From the NCBI GenBank assembly GCA_018819225.1, contig JAHJQN010000001.1:70527-134526 (forward strand): DNA of 64,000 nucleotides, written 5' to 3'. A program made the position numbers and the translations under genes. Positions within the stretch are counted from its first letter, which is position 1; every line of letters begins with the position of its first letter. Positions 15,568 through 25,000 of this stretch are shown here, in pieces. The notes under the pieces are model-generated. The model was not told where the DNA came from, ran no database searches, and saw only the letters and a program-made list of their open reading frames with translations. This stretch comes from Candidatus Micrarchaeota archaeon (GTDB lineage Archaea > Micrarchaeota > Micrarchaeia > Norongarragalinales > SBBD01).

Positions 15568-16332
15568 ATGTTCGAGCCGTTCGCGCTCTTCATTGGATTG
15601 CTCGCGGGCCTCACTTCAGCGCTATTCGGAATCGGCGGAGCCGTCATCGCCATACCCTTATTGTACTTGGGGCTGGGATTCACCGCGCAAACCGCAGTCG
15701 GAACCGCGATTTTTCTTGTTGTATTGAACTCGGCAATCGGAGCCTATAAGTACAATAAGCGCGGGCTCGTGAACAAGAAGTTTGCTTTAACGGCCGGAGT
15801 TACCGGTATCTTGTTCGCGATTGCTGGAGCGTGGTTGACTGCAGGAGTCAAGCAAAGCCTCGTGGTGTACGCGGTCGCATTCGTTACCATGGCGTTCGCG
15901 GGACTCTCTTTTTACGGGGAACAAATCAAGAAAATGAAGTGGACGAATAAAGTGCGCGAGAAAAAGCGTTGGGCTTCCATGCTCGGAGCGTTCGTGGGGC
16001 TCGTGAATGGATTCACGGGAATTGGAGGAGGCGCGGCATTAACCTCGTTGCTGGGATCCGTGTTTGGTTTGAGCGTGCACGCCGCAGTAGCGACTTCATT
16101 GGCAACCATACTCTTTTTCTCGATTCCAAGTGCATTAACGCATTATTCGTTGGGGCATACGAATGTTTCGGTACTCTTACCGCTACTGGTAGGCGCAGTC
16201 ATTGGATCCACCATCGGAGTGCGCGTGGCAATGGCTTTGAAAGACAATAAGCTGAGGGCGTATACTTCGATATTCTTCTTCTTGATCGGGTTGTGGCTCG
16301 CCGTATCGGAGTACTTGAAAATGAGCGGTTGA
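15568..16332 (+). CDS. TSUP (TauE/SafE) family permease
   Basis: Two hydrophobic halves, each with a GIGGA/GIGGG motif, and AVGTA/AVATS motifs; multiple TM helices. Confidence 0.92.
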   Translation: MFEPFALFIGLLAGLTSALFGIGGAVIAIPLLYLGLGFTAQTAVGTAIFLVVLNSAIGAYKYNKRGLVNKKFALTAGVTGILFAIAGAWLTAGVKQSLVVYAVAFVTMAFAGLSFYGEQIKKMKWTNKVREKKRWASMLGAFVGLVNGFTGIGGGAALTSLLGSVFGLSVHAAVATSLATILFFSIPSALTHYSLGHTNVSVLLPLLVGAVIGSTIGVRVAMALKDNKLRAYTSIFFFLIGLWLAVSEYLKMSG

Positions 16333-16347
16333 AAAAATAAGAAGATA

Positions 16348-16367
16348 GGCCGGAAAAATGCCCGGCC
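16348..16367. terminator. Hairpin between convergent genes
   Basis: GGCCGG-AAAAATGC-CCGGCC flanked by A-runs (T-runs on the minus strand). Confidence 0.4.
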
Positions 16368-16401
16368 TCGAACCAGAAAAAAAGCGCTTAAAGTGAATCC
16401 T

Positions 16402-16545
16402 TTAAGCTTTACCGATGATCTTGAACATGGAAGTTCCGCACGTGGCGCACTTGCCTTTCATGGCCTTCATGCCGTTCTTCATGATGACTTCCTTCGTGTC
16501 CTTCATGTCGCGATCCGTTTTACATTTCATGCAGCGTCCTTTCAT
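16402..16545 (-). CDS. 47-aa basic Zn-ribbon protein (DUF5679-like)
   Basis: Below the ORF-track cutoff. MKGRCMKCKTDRDMKDTKEVIMKNGMKAMKGKCATCGTSMFKIIGKA, with a GAGGTGA SD 6 nt upstream and a CxKC...KNG..A.KG.CxxCG pattern. Confidence 0.85.
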   Translation of the reverse strand: MKGRCMKCKTDRDMKDTKEVIMKNGMKAMKGKCATCGTSMFKIIGKA

Positions 16546-16686
16546 AACATCTCACCTCTAGCTATAAGCGTCAGAAATCCTAAGCGCTATGGGTTTATAA
16601 AATCCTTCGATGGATTGCTGCTGAACCCGAAATGAAAAAGTGTTATTAAAATGAGGGGTCCTCTCTTCTCTGTTTCAAGGGGGATA

Positions 16687-18312
16687 ATGATCGTGGAATC
16701 GTTTACGAAAGAAGAACAAGAACGTCTTTCACCGTTTGTTACTAATCTGGACCAGCCCGTATTCGGCTTGCGCAATTTGCCGGAAGTCGTGATGGGCGCG
16801 TTGTTTTCGCGATATAGCCGGAGCACGAAGAGCTTGCGAAGAATGCTGCTGGAAGAGTTCATGAAGAACAAGGAATCCGGATTTCAGGAGATCGTGGGAA
16901 CGCCTTCAGGAAACAGCGCGGATCAGATGGTGGCCGTCAAGAAAGCCGAGGATTTCTACGAACGCGTGCTCGTGGGATACGGAGATGATTCCGTGGCCGA
17001 GTTGGGGGGCGCCCACATGGCCATTGAAGGGATATCGAACATCGCCACCAAGTTTATCGAGGATGCGCGCATCGGCATTTCGCCGCTGGAAAAGAGCACG
17101 CGATACGTATTCTTTCACGAAAAAGAGAATGGGAAGTATACGTATTATCGCGAACTCGCGATCATGAAAAGCGCTCATGCGGCATTGTACGAAAAAACGT
17201 GCGACCATCTGTTTGACACGTATACGCGATTGATTGAACCCCTTTCCGCGTTTCTGGAAAAGAAATACCCGAAAGAGGAAGGAACCAGCGAACGGGCGTA
17301 TCGAGCGACCTTAAACGCGAAAACGTGTGATGGGCTACGGGGGTTATTGCCGGCGAGTACGAAGACGAACGTGGGCTTGTACGGGAACGGAAGAGCATTC
17401 GAGTATTTGTTGAGCAAGATGTACGCATCGGATTTGCAGGAAGTGCGGATGACGGCTAAACAAATGGAGGAGGAGCTGAAAAAACTGATTCCCGCTTTCG
17501 TGAAAAGAGCGAACAACGCGCACGGAAAGGCCTTGCAGACCTTCCTGAAGAATACAAGGGAAGGGTTGAGGAAGGAGCGCATGGAGTACAGCGAGCGTGG
17601 AATAGAGGAGGAAGTGACGCTCGTGGATTGGGACGAACAGTTGGAGGAAAAGCTGATCGCTGCAGCGTTATACCCGCATTCCGAAGTCTCTTTGAAGGAA
17701 ATTCGGGAGCGCGTGAAGAAAATGAGCGCGGAAGAGAAGGCGCGGGTTCTGGAAATGAGTTGGAGCCATCGCACGAACCGGAGGCACAAGCCGGGAAGAG
17801 CGTTTGAAAACGCGTTTTACACGTTTGACGTGCTCGGAAACTACGGGATTTACCGCGATCTGCACCGGCATCGCGTGCTCACGCAAGAGCGACAATTGCT
17901 TTCGACAAGGCATGGATTCGACGTGCCCACGGAATTGAAGGAAGCGGAATTGGAGGAACCGTTCGTGGTCGCATTAGGGCAGGCAGCGGAAGCGTACGAA
18001 AAAATGCGAGGCGAATTACCGGATGAAGCGCAGTACGCGGTTCCCCTCGCGTACAAACTTCGTTGGTACATCACAATGAATGCGCGTGAAGCCGTTCATT
18101 TTCTGGAGCTTCGAACGCAACCGCAAGGCCATGCCGACTACCGGAGAGTCGCGCGGAAGATGTTTGAAGCCATTCAGCGCGTGCACCCCGCCGTGACCCA
18201 AGCCATGCCGTTCATTGATTTGAAGGAAACGCGTTTAGAGCGCTTGGATGCGGAAAAGCGCACGGATAAAAAGCGGGAAGCCCTTGAACGCAAGTACGCG
18301 AATCACCGGTGA
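16687..18312 (+). CDS. thyX: FAD-dependent thymidylate synthase, tandem (double) ThyX-domain form
   Basis: SRYSRS, GYGDDSVAEL and EKSTRY in the N-terminal half; RDLHRHR and ELRTQPQGHADYR in the C-terminal half. About 540 aa, twice the usual ThyX length. Confidence 0.93.
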   Translation: MIVESFTKEEQERLSPFVTNLDQPVFGLRNLPEVVMGALFSRYSRSTKSLRRMLLEEFMKNKESGFQEIVGTPSGNSADQMVAVKKAEDFYERVLVGYGDDSVAELGGAHMAIEGISNIATKFIEDARIGISPLEKSTRYVFFHEKENGKYTYYRELAIMKSAHAALYEKTCDHLFDTYTRLIEPLSAFLEKKYPKEEGTSERAYRATLNAKTCDGLRGLLPASTKTNVGLYGNGRAFEYLLSKMYASDLQEVRMTAKQMEEELKKLIPAFVKRANNAHGKALQTFLKNTREGLRKERMEYSERGIEEEVTLVDWDEQLEEKLIAAALYPHSEVSLKEIRERVKKMSAEEKARVLEMSWSHRTNRRHKPGRAFENAFYTFDVLGNYGIYRDLHRHRVLTQERQLLSTRHGFDVPTELKEAELEEPFVVALGQAAEAYEKMRGELPDEAQYAVPLAYKLRWYITMNAREAVHFLELRTQPQGHADYRRVARKMFEAIQRVHPAVTQAMPFIDLKETRLERLDAEKRTDKKREALERKYANHR

Positions 18313-18318
18313 AACGAA

Positions 18319-18984
18319 TTGGCGGAAACGAAGGATGAAAAAAAGAAAGCGGACGCGCCCGCTCCCGCAGCAGCGCCTTCCACTCCAGCGCAGGACGAGA
18401 AAAAGAAATATTCGTTGCGGCAAATCACGGCAGTGGCCATGGCCCTCGTCGTATTGATCGTGGGAGGGTATTTCGGCCTGGACCTGATGGGGTGGCTGCC
18501 GAAATCGGGTCCGGATTACCACGCGCATGCGGACTTCAAGGTCTACATCATGGGGAAACCGTTCAATTTCTCGCAAGACAAGTATATGACGAAGGAAGCA
18601 TGCGGGCCGGAATCGGGAGCGCATGCGCATCTGCATGATGGAAACGGGGAAGTGGCGCACGTGCACGAGGAGGGAATCACGTGGGGCGATTTTTTCTGGA
18701 GTCTCGGAATGAAGTTGAACGTGACGTGTTTTATTTTGGACACGGAAGAGACGTATTGCGACGATAGGAAAAACACGCTGAAGTTTTACGTGAACGGGAA
18801 GAAGAACTTCGAGTTCGAGAAGAAAGAGATCTGGGATTTGGATCGCGTGCTCATCAGTTACGGTCCGGAAACCCCGGAAGAGATTTTGTGGCAGTTCGGA
18901 ACGGTTTCGAACAACGCGTGCGCGTACTCGGAAAAGTGTCTGGAGCGCAAGATTCCGATTTCCCCGGATCACGATTGCACGTGA
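18319..18984 (+). CDS. Membrane-anchored His-motif protein of unknown function
   Basis: Single TM followed by HAHADF...HAHLHD..GEVAHVH..GITWGDFF..DLDRVLISYG; several Cys. Confidence 0.8.
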   Translation: MAETKDEKKKADAPAPAAAPSTPAQDEKKKYSLRQITAVAMALVVLIVGGYFGLDLMGWLPKSGPDYHAHADFKVYIMGKPFNFSQDKYMTKEACGPESGAHAHLHDGNGEVAHVHEEGITWGDFFWSLGMKLNVTCFILDTEETYCDDRKNTLKFYVNGKKNFEFEKKEIWDLDRVLISYGPETPEEILWQFGTVSNNACAYSEKCLERKIPISPDHDCT

Positions 18985-18989
18985 AGAGG

Positions 18990-20225
18990 TCAGAATATGC
19001 TGCTGCGCGAGCCTACGAGCGAAATCAAGAGCGCCGTAAAGATGAATGACGGGGGAACGATGAGCACGGATGCGCCGACATAAATGAAAGCGGCTACAAC
19101 GCCTTCCGCCCAACTGAACTTGTTTCCGACAATGAACAGCTCGGCGAAGAAACCGATGGCCGCAACCAGCAATAATAGGATGAAGAAGACGTTGTTGGGA
19201 CCGTAACTCAGGAAACGGCTGTTATCCAGAAGAACAAAAAGAATGACCAGCAGATTGACGATAATGGCGAGAATAACCGCGCCGATGAAACCCGAAACGG
19301 CGACGCGCATAAAATTGAATTCTTCCTTCTTTTTGGATGGCGTAAACCACGAGAACGAGCTCATGAACGAAGTGATGGATGGAAGAACGAATTGCTTGCC
19401 CGCATAAAGAAGGAGGACAATGACGATCAGCGAAAGAAGGATTTCCGTTAAATAGAGCCGCCACGACTCGGTGGCGTACGATCCGGATACGTGAAATACT
19501 TCATGCGCCTCCAGATTCCGTTTATCGCGCACCAATCCGCTTGCGGTTCGAACGCGTTGGGCGATGGAAGCGATTTCCGAACGCTGGCGGTCATATTCGG
19601 GAGACGCCCACGCATCCTTTGAAATGGATTGAACGCCGGATGCCTCGAGCGCCCCAAACGTGGTCTGGTAATCCGTGCGCACCTCCCCGCCTTTCAAGTG
19701 CAAGTTAGAGTCTACTGAAATCGCTACTCGAGAATAGGAAATGTCAAAAGGCAAATCAATGGTTCGAAAATCATAATCATAGGCGAAGGGGGTCTGGGAA
19801 ACATAGCCTGCCGCGCGATAATATATTATAACAGTGGAGGCGGACTGTTGGAGTACGGGAACGTCGAGTTTAATGCGGTATACGTTGCGGGTTACGGGCT
19901 TGACATCGAGAATATTGGGATTCGTGGGAGAAAAAAGTTGGAGCGCATATTTCAGGTCCACATCCGCGTCCGGAAACGTAACCGTAAATTCGGTGAGGGG
20001 TTCTGAGGCGAGGTTGCGCAAGTCAATGGTGGCTAACGTGAATGCGCGCCCACCTTCGTCTAAAAACACTTGGTAGTAAGCGGCTTGTTGGAATCCGCCG
20101 GAAGAAGAAGGTTCACGAGGCATCGCAATGGCCATGTCCACTCCCACTTGAGCGGAAAGGAAGGGAGAAAAAATAATAAACAGGAATGCGAACGCAACAA
20201 ATTTGGAGATGTCCAAGGGTATCAC
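18990..20225 (-). CDS. Hypothetical membrane protein (signal peptide, extracellular beta domain, C-terminal TM helices)
   Basis: 411-aa ORF with a hydrophobic N-terminus and about four C-terminal hydrophobic segments. Confidence 0.8.
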   Translation of the reverse strand: MIPLDISKFVAFAFLFIIFSPFLSAQVGVDMAIAMPREPSSSGGFQQAAYYQVFLDEGGRAFTLATIDLRNLASEPLTEFTVTFPDADVDLKYALQLFSPTNPNILDVKPVTRNVYRIKLDVPVLQQSASTVIIYYRAAGYVSQTPFAYDYDFRTIDLPFDISYSRVAISVDSNLHLKGGEVRTDYQTTFGALEASGVQSISKDAWASPEYDRQRSEIASIAQRVRTASGLVRDKRNLEAHEVFHVSGSYATESWRLYLTEILLSLIVIVLLLYAGKQFVLPSITSFMSSFSWFTPSKKKEEFNFMRVAVSGFIGAVILAIIVNLLVILFVLLDNSRFLSYGPNNVFFILLLLVAAIGFFAELFIVGNKFSWAEGVVAAFIYVGASVLIVPPSFIFTALLISLVGSRSSIF

Positions 20226-20292
20226 CTTACGGGAACCAATAGTTGAATCCTATAATAAACCGCCGGATTTGCTTAAGCGCAAGAACGGGAAG

Positions 20293-21462
20293 CTACCAGC
20301 CGTACTTGCTGGCGCGCGAGTACTGGAACGCTTTTAATGCGTCCAACGCGCCTTTGGCGAGCAACGCCGGTTTTTTAGTGAGTAATCCGAGCCCAACGCC
20401 CGCCTTCCCCGTCAGACCCATATTCGTTAAATCGCTGGGTAGCAAGGACGCGAGGTCGTTGAGTTCCGATTCGGATAACGCGTACAAATCGTTTTTGCCC
20501 TTGATGAGTTTGGCATAATCGGGAAACTCGGCTTTCCAGAGTTGTTCATATTTCGAGAGTTTGGAAGCAGTAACGTCGTTGGAATCAATGGCTTCTTTAG
20601 CCACTTGAGCGGCAAATTGGCCGGACTGCATGCCCAAATGCGAGCCCCCTTCAAATAAAGGGGACGTAAAGCCGGCGGCGTCGCCGACGAGCATGAGGCC
20701 ATCCGCAACCGTATGCGGCACTGGCCCGGAAGCGGGAATTAAGCCTCCGAAGGTTTTCACGCGCGGCTTGTTCTCCCAACCCATTTTCTTGAGAAAGAGG
20801 TCGAGAAAGACTTTGGCTTTGCTTTTCTGGTTGGTGACTAAACCCACGTTCGCCCGACCGTCTTTTTTCGGGATCATCCACAAGTATCCATGCGGGGCAA
20901 GCTCGGGCCAAATGAAGAAATCAATGTAACCTTCATTCGGGATCTCGCGTAGCTCGTGTTGCATGCCGATCACGTCGCTGAAGCGAGGATTCAATTTCAA
21001 CTTGAGGGACGCAATGGCAGAGACTCCCGAGGCATCCACCAACAACTTGGATTGCACTTCCCTCGAAGGGGTTTTCAGTTTCCAAATGCCGTTTCGCTGG
21101 AATTCCGTCACTTTACTGGAGAGCGATATCTCGGCGCCCGCTTCCTGAGCTTGGGATGCCAGCCATTGCTCAAACAAGTGCTTCTCGAGCACGTAGCCGG
21201 GTTCGTTGAGTATCGGGGAATAACCGGACGGGAAGATGACGCGGATGCCTTTCACGCGCAATCCGATGGAAGGCCCGGGAAGCTGTTTGAAAAACTTGTC
21301 GACTGCGAGTCCCGAGAGACATTCTCCGCAATGCACGGGCTCGCCAACGGAGGCGTGTTCCTCGAGCACGACGGTTTTGAGACCCAGTTTAGCGGCATGT
21401 AACGCCGTGGAGCCTCCCGCGGGTCCGGCACCCACAATAGCAAGATCGTACGTATCCATCAT
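20293..21462 (-). CDS. Geranylgeranyl reductase-family FAD oxidoreductase
   Basis: YDLAIVGAGPAGG, CGECLS, APHGYLWMIPK and LVGDAAG..PLFEGG motifs. Start moved to the MM at 21462. Confidence 0.92.
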   Translation of the reverse strand: MMDTYDLAIVGAGPAGGSTALHAAKLGLKTVVLEEHASVGEPVHCGECLSGLAVDKFFKQLPGPSIGLRVKGIRVIFPSGYSPILNEPGYVLEKHLFEQWLASQAQEAGAEISLSSKVTEFQRNGIWKLKTPSREVQSKLLVDASGVSAIASLKLKLNPRFSDVIGMQHELREIPNEGYIDFFIWPELAPHGYLWMIPKKDGRANVGLVTNQKSKAKVFLDLFLKKMGWENKPRVKTFGGLIPASGPVPHTVADGLMLVGDAAGFTSPLFEGGSHLGMQSGQFAAQVAKEAIDSNDVTASKLSKYEQLWKAEFPDYAKLIKGKNDLYALSESELNDLASLLPSDLTNMGLTGKAGVGLGLLTKKPALLAKGALDALKAFQYSRASKYGW

Positions 21463-21475
21463 GTATTTCCCTCGT

Positions 21476-21796
21476 TCAGCGCATGCGGCTTTCCAGGTAT
21501 TTTCCGGCAAATATGGTTATGACGTATAATACGACGCCGATGCCAGCAAATGCAAAAAATACCGTGAACATCTTAGATATATCCGTACTCGGAATTAAAT
21601 CGCCGTAGCCCACGGTCGTCAGGGTCATGGCGGCAAAATAGAACGAATCCACGTAATTCCAGCCTTCGTATATGTGATAGAAGAGGGTGCCAAGCAGCAA
21701 TAAGCCGCCCACGGACGAGAGACCGACAAATAAGCCGAGATCCCGGTCCCGGGAGTTCGTATGGTGAGATTTGGGTTTTCGAATGGCGGCTTCCAT
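21476..21796 (-). CDS. Two-TM potassium channel pore protein
   Basis: DSFYFAAMTLTTVGYGD selectivity filter between two TM helices. Confidence 0.95.
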   Translation of the reverse strand: MEAAIRKPKSHHTNSRDRDLGLFVGLSSVGGLLLLGTLFYHIYEGWNYVDSFYFAAMTLTTVGYGDLIPSTDISKMFTVFFAFAGIGVVLYVITIFAGKYLESRMR

Positions 21797-21955
21797 AAGA
21801 CTAACGACAAGTCTTTGCAAGGAACGGGTTAAAAAATTCTCGCTTGAAGGGAAAAAAGGAGGCGACGGATTTAAAAATTCTCACGGCGTATTGAGCCACC
21901 CCATGAACGCGGAATTTCTGAATCAGGATGGGCAGAAACCCGCGAAACAGCAATG

Positions 21956-22023
21956 TTTATATAGGGAATCAGGATATAGCATGGGTTGTGGTATTTAACG
22001 CACATAACTACCATATCTAGTAT
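21956..22023 (+). promoter_or_regulatory. Putative nrdJ promoter (TTTATATA) with downstream NrdR-box-like elements
   Basis: TTTATATA at 21956-21963. CTACCATATCTAGTA (~22008-22022) and a weaker reverse-strand copy near 21968-21982 resemble the NrdR-box consensus. GGAGGTGA SD at 22031-22038. Confidence 0.4.
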
Positions 22024-22043
22024 GTCCAGAGGAGGTGAATGGA

Positions 22044-25000
22044 ATGAAACAGCCGACCGCGAGAGCTCAGACTCTTTCAGCTAACGAACCCGTTTTCCAG
22101 CGATATTTCACGGAAAAAGGCCTGAATCCCTTTGATGCCATTGAATGGGAAAAACGGAATGCCACGATCTCGGATGCCCGAGGCAACGTCATCTTCAATC
22201 AAGATCAGGTGGAGATCCCGAAGGCGTGGAGCCAAACCGCTTGCAACATCGCCGTATCGAAATACTTCCGCGGGAGATTAGGAACCCCGGAACGCGAAAC
22301 CAGTGCAAGAGACATGGTCGGGAGGGTCGCGCAAACCATTGCCGGCTGGGGGAGCAACAACGGATATTTCAGGAGTACGGAAGAAGCGGAGACCTTTGAG
22401 CACGAGCTGGCTTACTTGTTAGTCAACCAATACGCCGCGTTCAACTCGCCGGTATGGTTTAATGTCGGAGTGGAAAAGAAGCCCCAGTGCAGCGCGTGCC
22501 AGCCATATAACGCCTTGGTGAATACGGTGCGCGGTTTCGTTCCCATTGGAGAAATCGTGGAAAAAAACGAGATTGGATTGCCTGTTTTTGACGGGGAAGG
22601 CTTGACCCAAGTCGTTGCCGTAAAAAATAACGGACGCAAACCCGTATACCGCATTCGGCTCAACGATGGATTTTTCATTGAAGCGACCGGTGACCACGTG
22701 GTGTGCGCTCACGCGGTGCGCCGAACGCAGTCCATGGAATGGAAGCGCGTGGACCAATTAAAGGCAGGCATGCATATGCGGGTTTACCCCCGTGCGACCG
22801 CCGTTTCTCTTCCCGCGACGGAGAGGCAGGTGGCCGAAGCGGCCTTGGCGGGGTGGCTGCAGGCCGATGGATTCGTTGGGCAATACGAAACAGGCACCAA
22901 TCAATCCCTAACCCTGGAATTCATGACCGTCAATTCATCGGAATACCGATGGATCGTTACGCATTTGGATACCGTATTTCCCAACATTCACCGAAAGACA
23001 CGCGAGTTCAAGACCAAGAACGAGCAGTTGGAAGGAAAGCGAATTCGCCTTTACGGTGAAGCATTGAGGCCCTTCGCAGAGAAATACGAGTTGTTGAAAC
23101 GCGGGCACGCCATGCGCGCTCCTTCCATCATGTGGACGGCACCCAAGGAAGCGGTGGCCGCTTACCTCAAAAGCATTTTCCAGTCGGAAGGATACGCCAC
23201 GATGCATGGGAAAAGTGCACACCTCGCAATTTCCATGATTTCTCAACAGCTCGTGGAAGACGCGCAGCTGCTCTTAACGAGACTCGGCGTTTATTCGAGA
23301 GTACGAAAGAAACTGGAAGCGAGACCGGATCGAAGGAATTTGTTTGAACTCGACATCAGCGTGCACAGCGAGAGAGAAAAATTCCTTCAAGAAGTCGGCT
23401 TCGTGGATTCGCACAAGAATGGATTGTTGTCACAAAGCGTCATGTTACAAGGAACGGATTGCCCCGATATCAGGTACTCGGAAATCGTTTCCATCGAACC
23501 CTTGGGGGAAATGGAAGTATACGATATCCAGACACAAAGCGGCCGATATCTTTCCAACTCGGCACTGGTCCACAACTGCTTCATCAATTCCGTTAAAGAC
23601 GATATGCGGTCCATTCTGCAGCTCGCGGTTACCGAAGGCATGCTATTCAAGTACGGTTCTGGGACCGGCACCAACTTGTCCGTACTCCGGTCCTCCAGAG
23701 AACACTTGTCATTTTCATCGGGTAAAGCCTCGGGCCCCGTGTCGTTCATGAAAGGATTTGATACGTTTGCGGGAGTCATTCGCAGCGGGGGGAAAACGAG
23801 GCGGGCCGCCAAAATGGTTATTTTGAACGTGGATCACCCGGACATCGCGGAATTCATCAACAGCAAACCCGCCGAGGAGAAGAAGGCGTGGGTGCTCATG
23901 GACGCGGGATACGACGGAGCCGTAGACGGAGAGGCGTATGGATCCGTGTTCTTCCAGAACGCGAACCATTCCGTTCGCGCAACGGATGCGTTCATGCATG
24001 CCGTCGTGGAAGACAAGGAATGGGTGACGAAAGCGGTCACGAACGGAAAACCCATGGACACGTACAAGGCGAGGGAAGTGATGCGCATGATCTCGGAGGC
24101 CACGTACGTCTGCGGGGACCCGGGCATGCAATTCGATACGACGATTAATCGATGGCATACGTGCAAGAATTCCGAACGCATTAATGCGAGTAATCCGTGT
24201 GTTACCGGAGATACGAAGGTGCTCACTCGCGATGGAAGATGGAAGCGAATCGATCAACTTGTCGGCGAGGAAACCGAGCTAATCACGAATGTAGGCGAGT
24301 TGGCATCCGGTTATACGAAAGGATCGTTTAAAACCGGGACGAAACCCGTGTATAAATTGGAAACGCGATCGGGATACGAAGTGCAATTGACGGGAGATCA
24401 CAAAGTGTATACGGCGAATCGGAGTTTCGTACCTGCAGCCGAATTATCGAAGGATGACGTGCTTTGCCTTCCATCACACGAAGTCTCCCAAATAAACGAA
24501 ATTCCGGAAGAGGAAGCGCGGTTCCATCAACTCATCGGACTCTATATGGGGGATGGATGCGGATCGGGAAATACGGTTCAATTAACGATGGACAAGGAAC
24601 GGGATACGGAAGTACTGGAGACGATGGCGGAATACGTTACACATCATTTTGTGAAACAGACGCATACGACGCAAGCGATTCAAGTTCAGAAGACGGCTAC
24701 GAGTGCGAAACTGAATATTGTTTCTCATAGTGCGGTCGGACGCATTTCGAAATACGTGGATTTGACTCAAGAATCCCATGAAAAGACGATTTCGCAAGCG
24801 GTTTTCGGGCTTTCCTTGAGTGAAGCGAGGTACGTACTCCAAGGATTGTTTACAGCGGATGGAACCGTAGCGAATTATGGAGACAAATCGCAATACGTTG
24901 CCTTGGATTCGACGAGCCTACAATTGCTTAAGGATGTTCAAGTCCTTCTGACGGGCTTCGGCATTAAAAGCAAGATCTATCCGAACCGACGGGCGGGTAA

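Noticed and set aside
21800-22040. Cobalamin riboswitch upstream of nrdJ or pduO
   Set aside because: No recognisable B12-box or conserved core was seen, and pduO has almost no leader.
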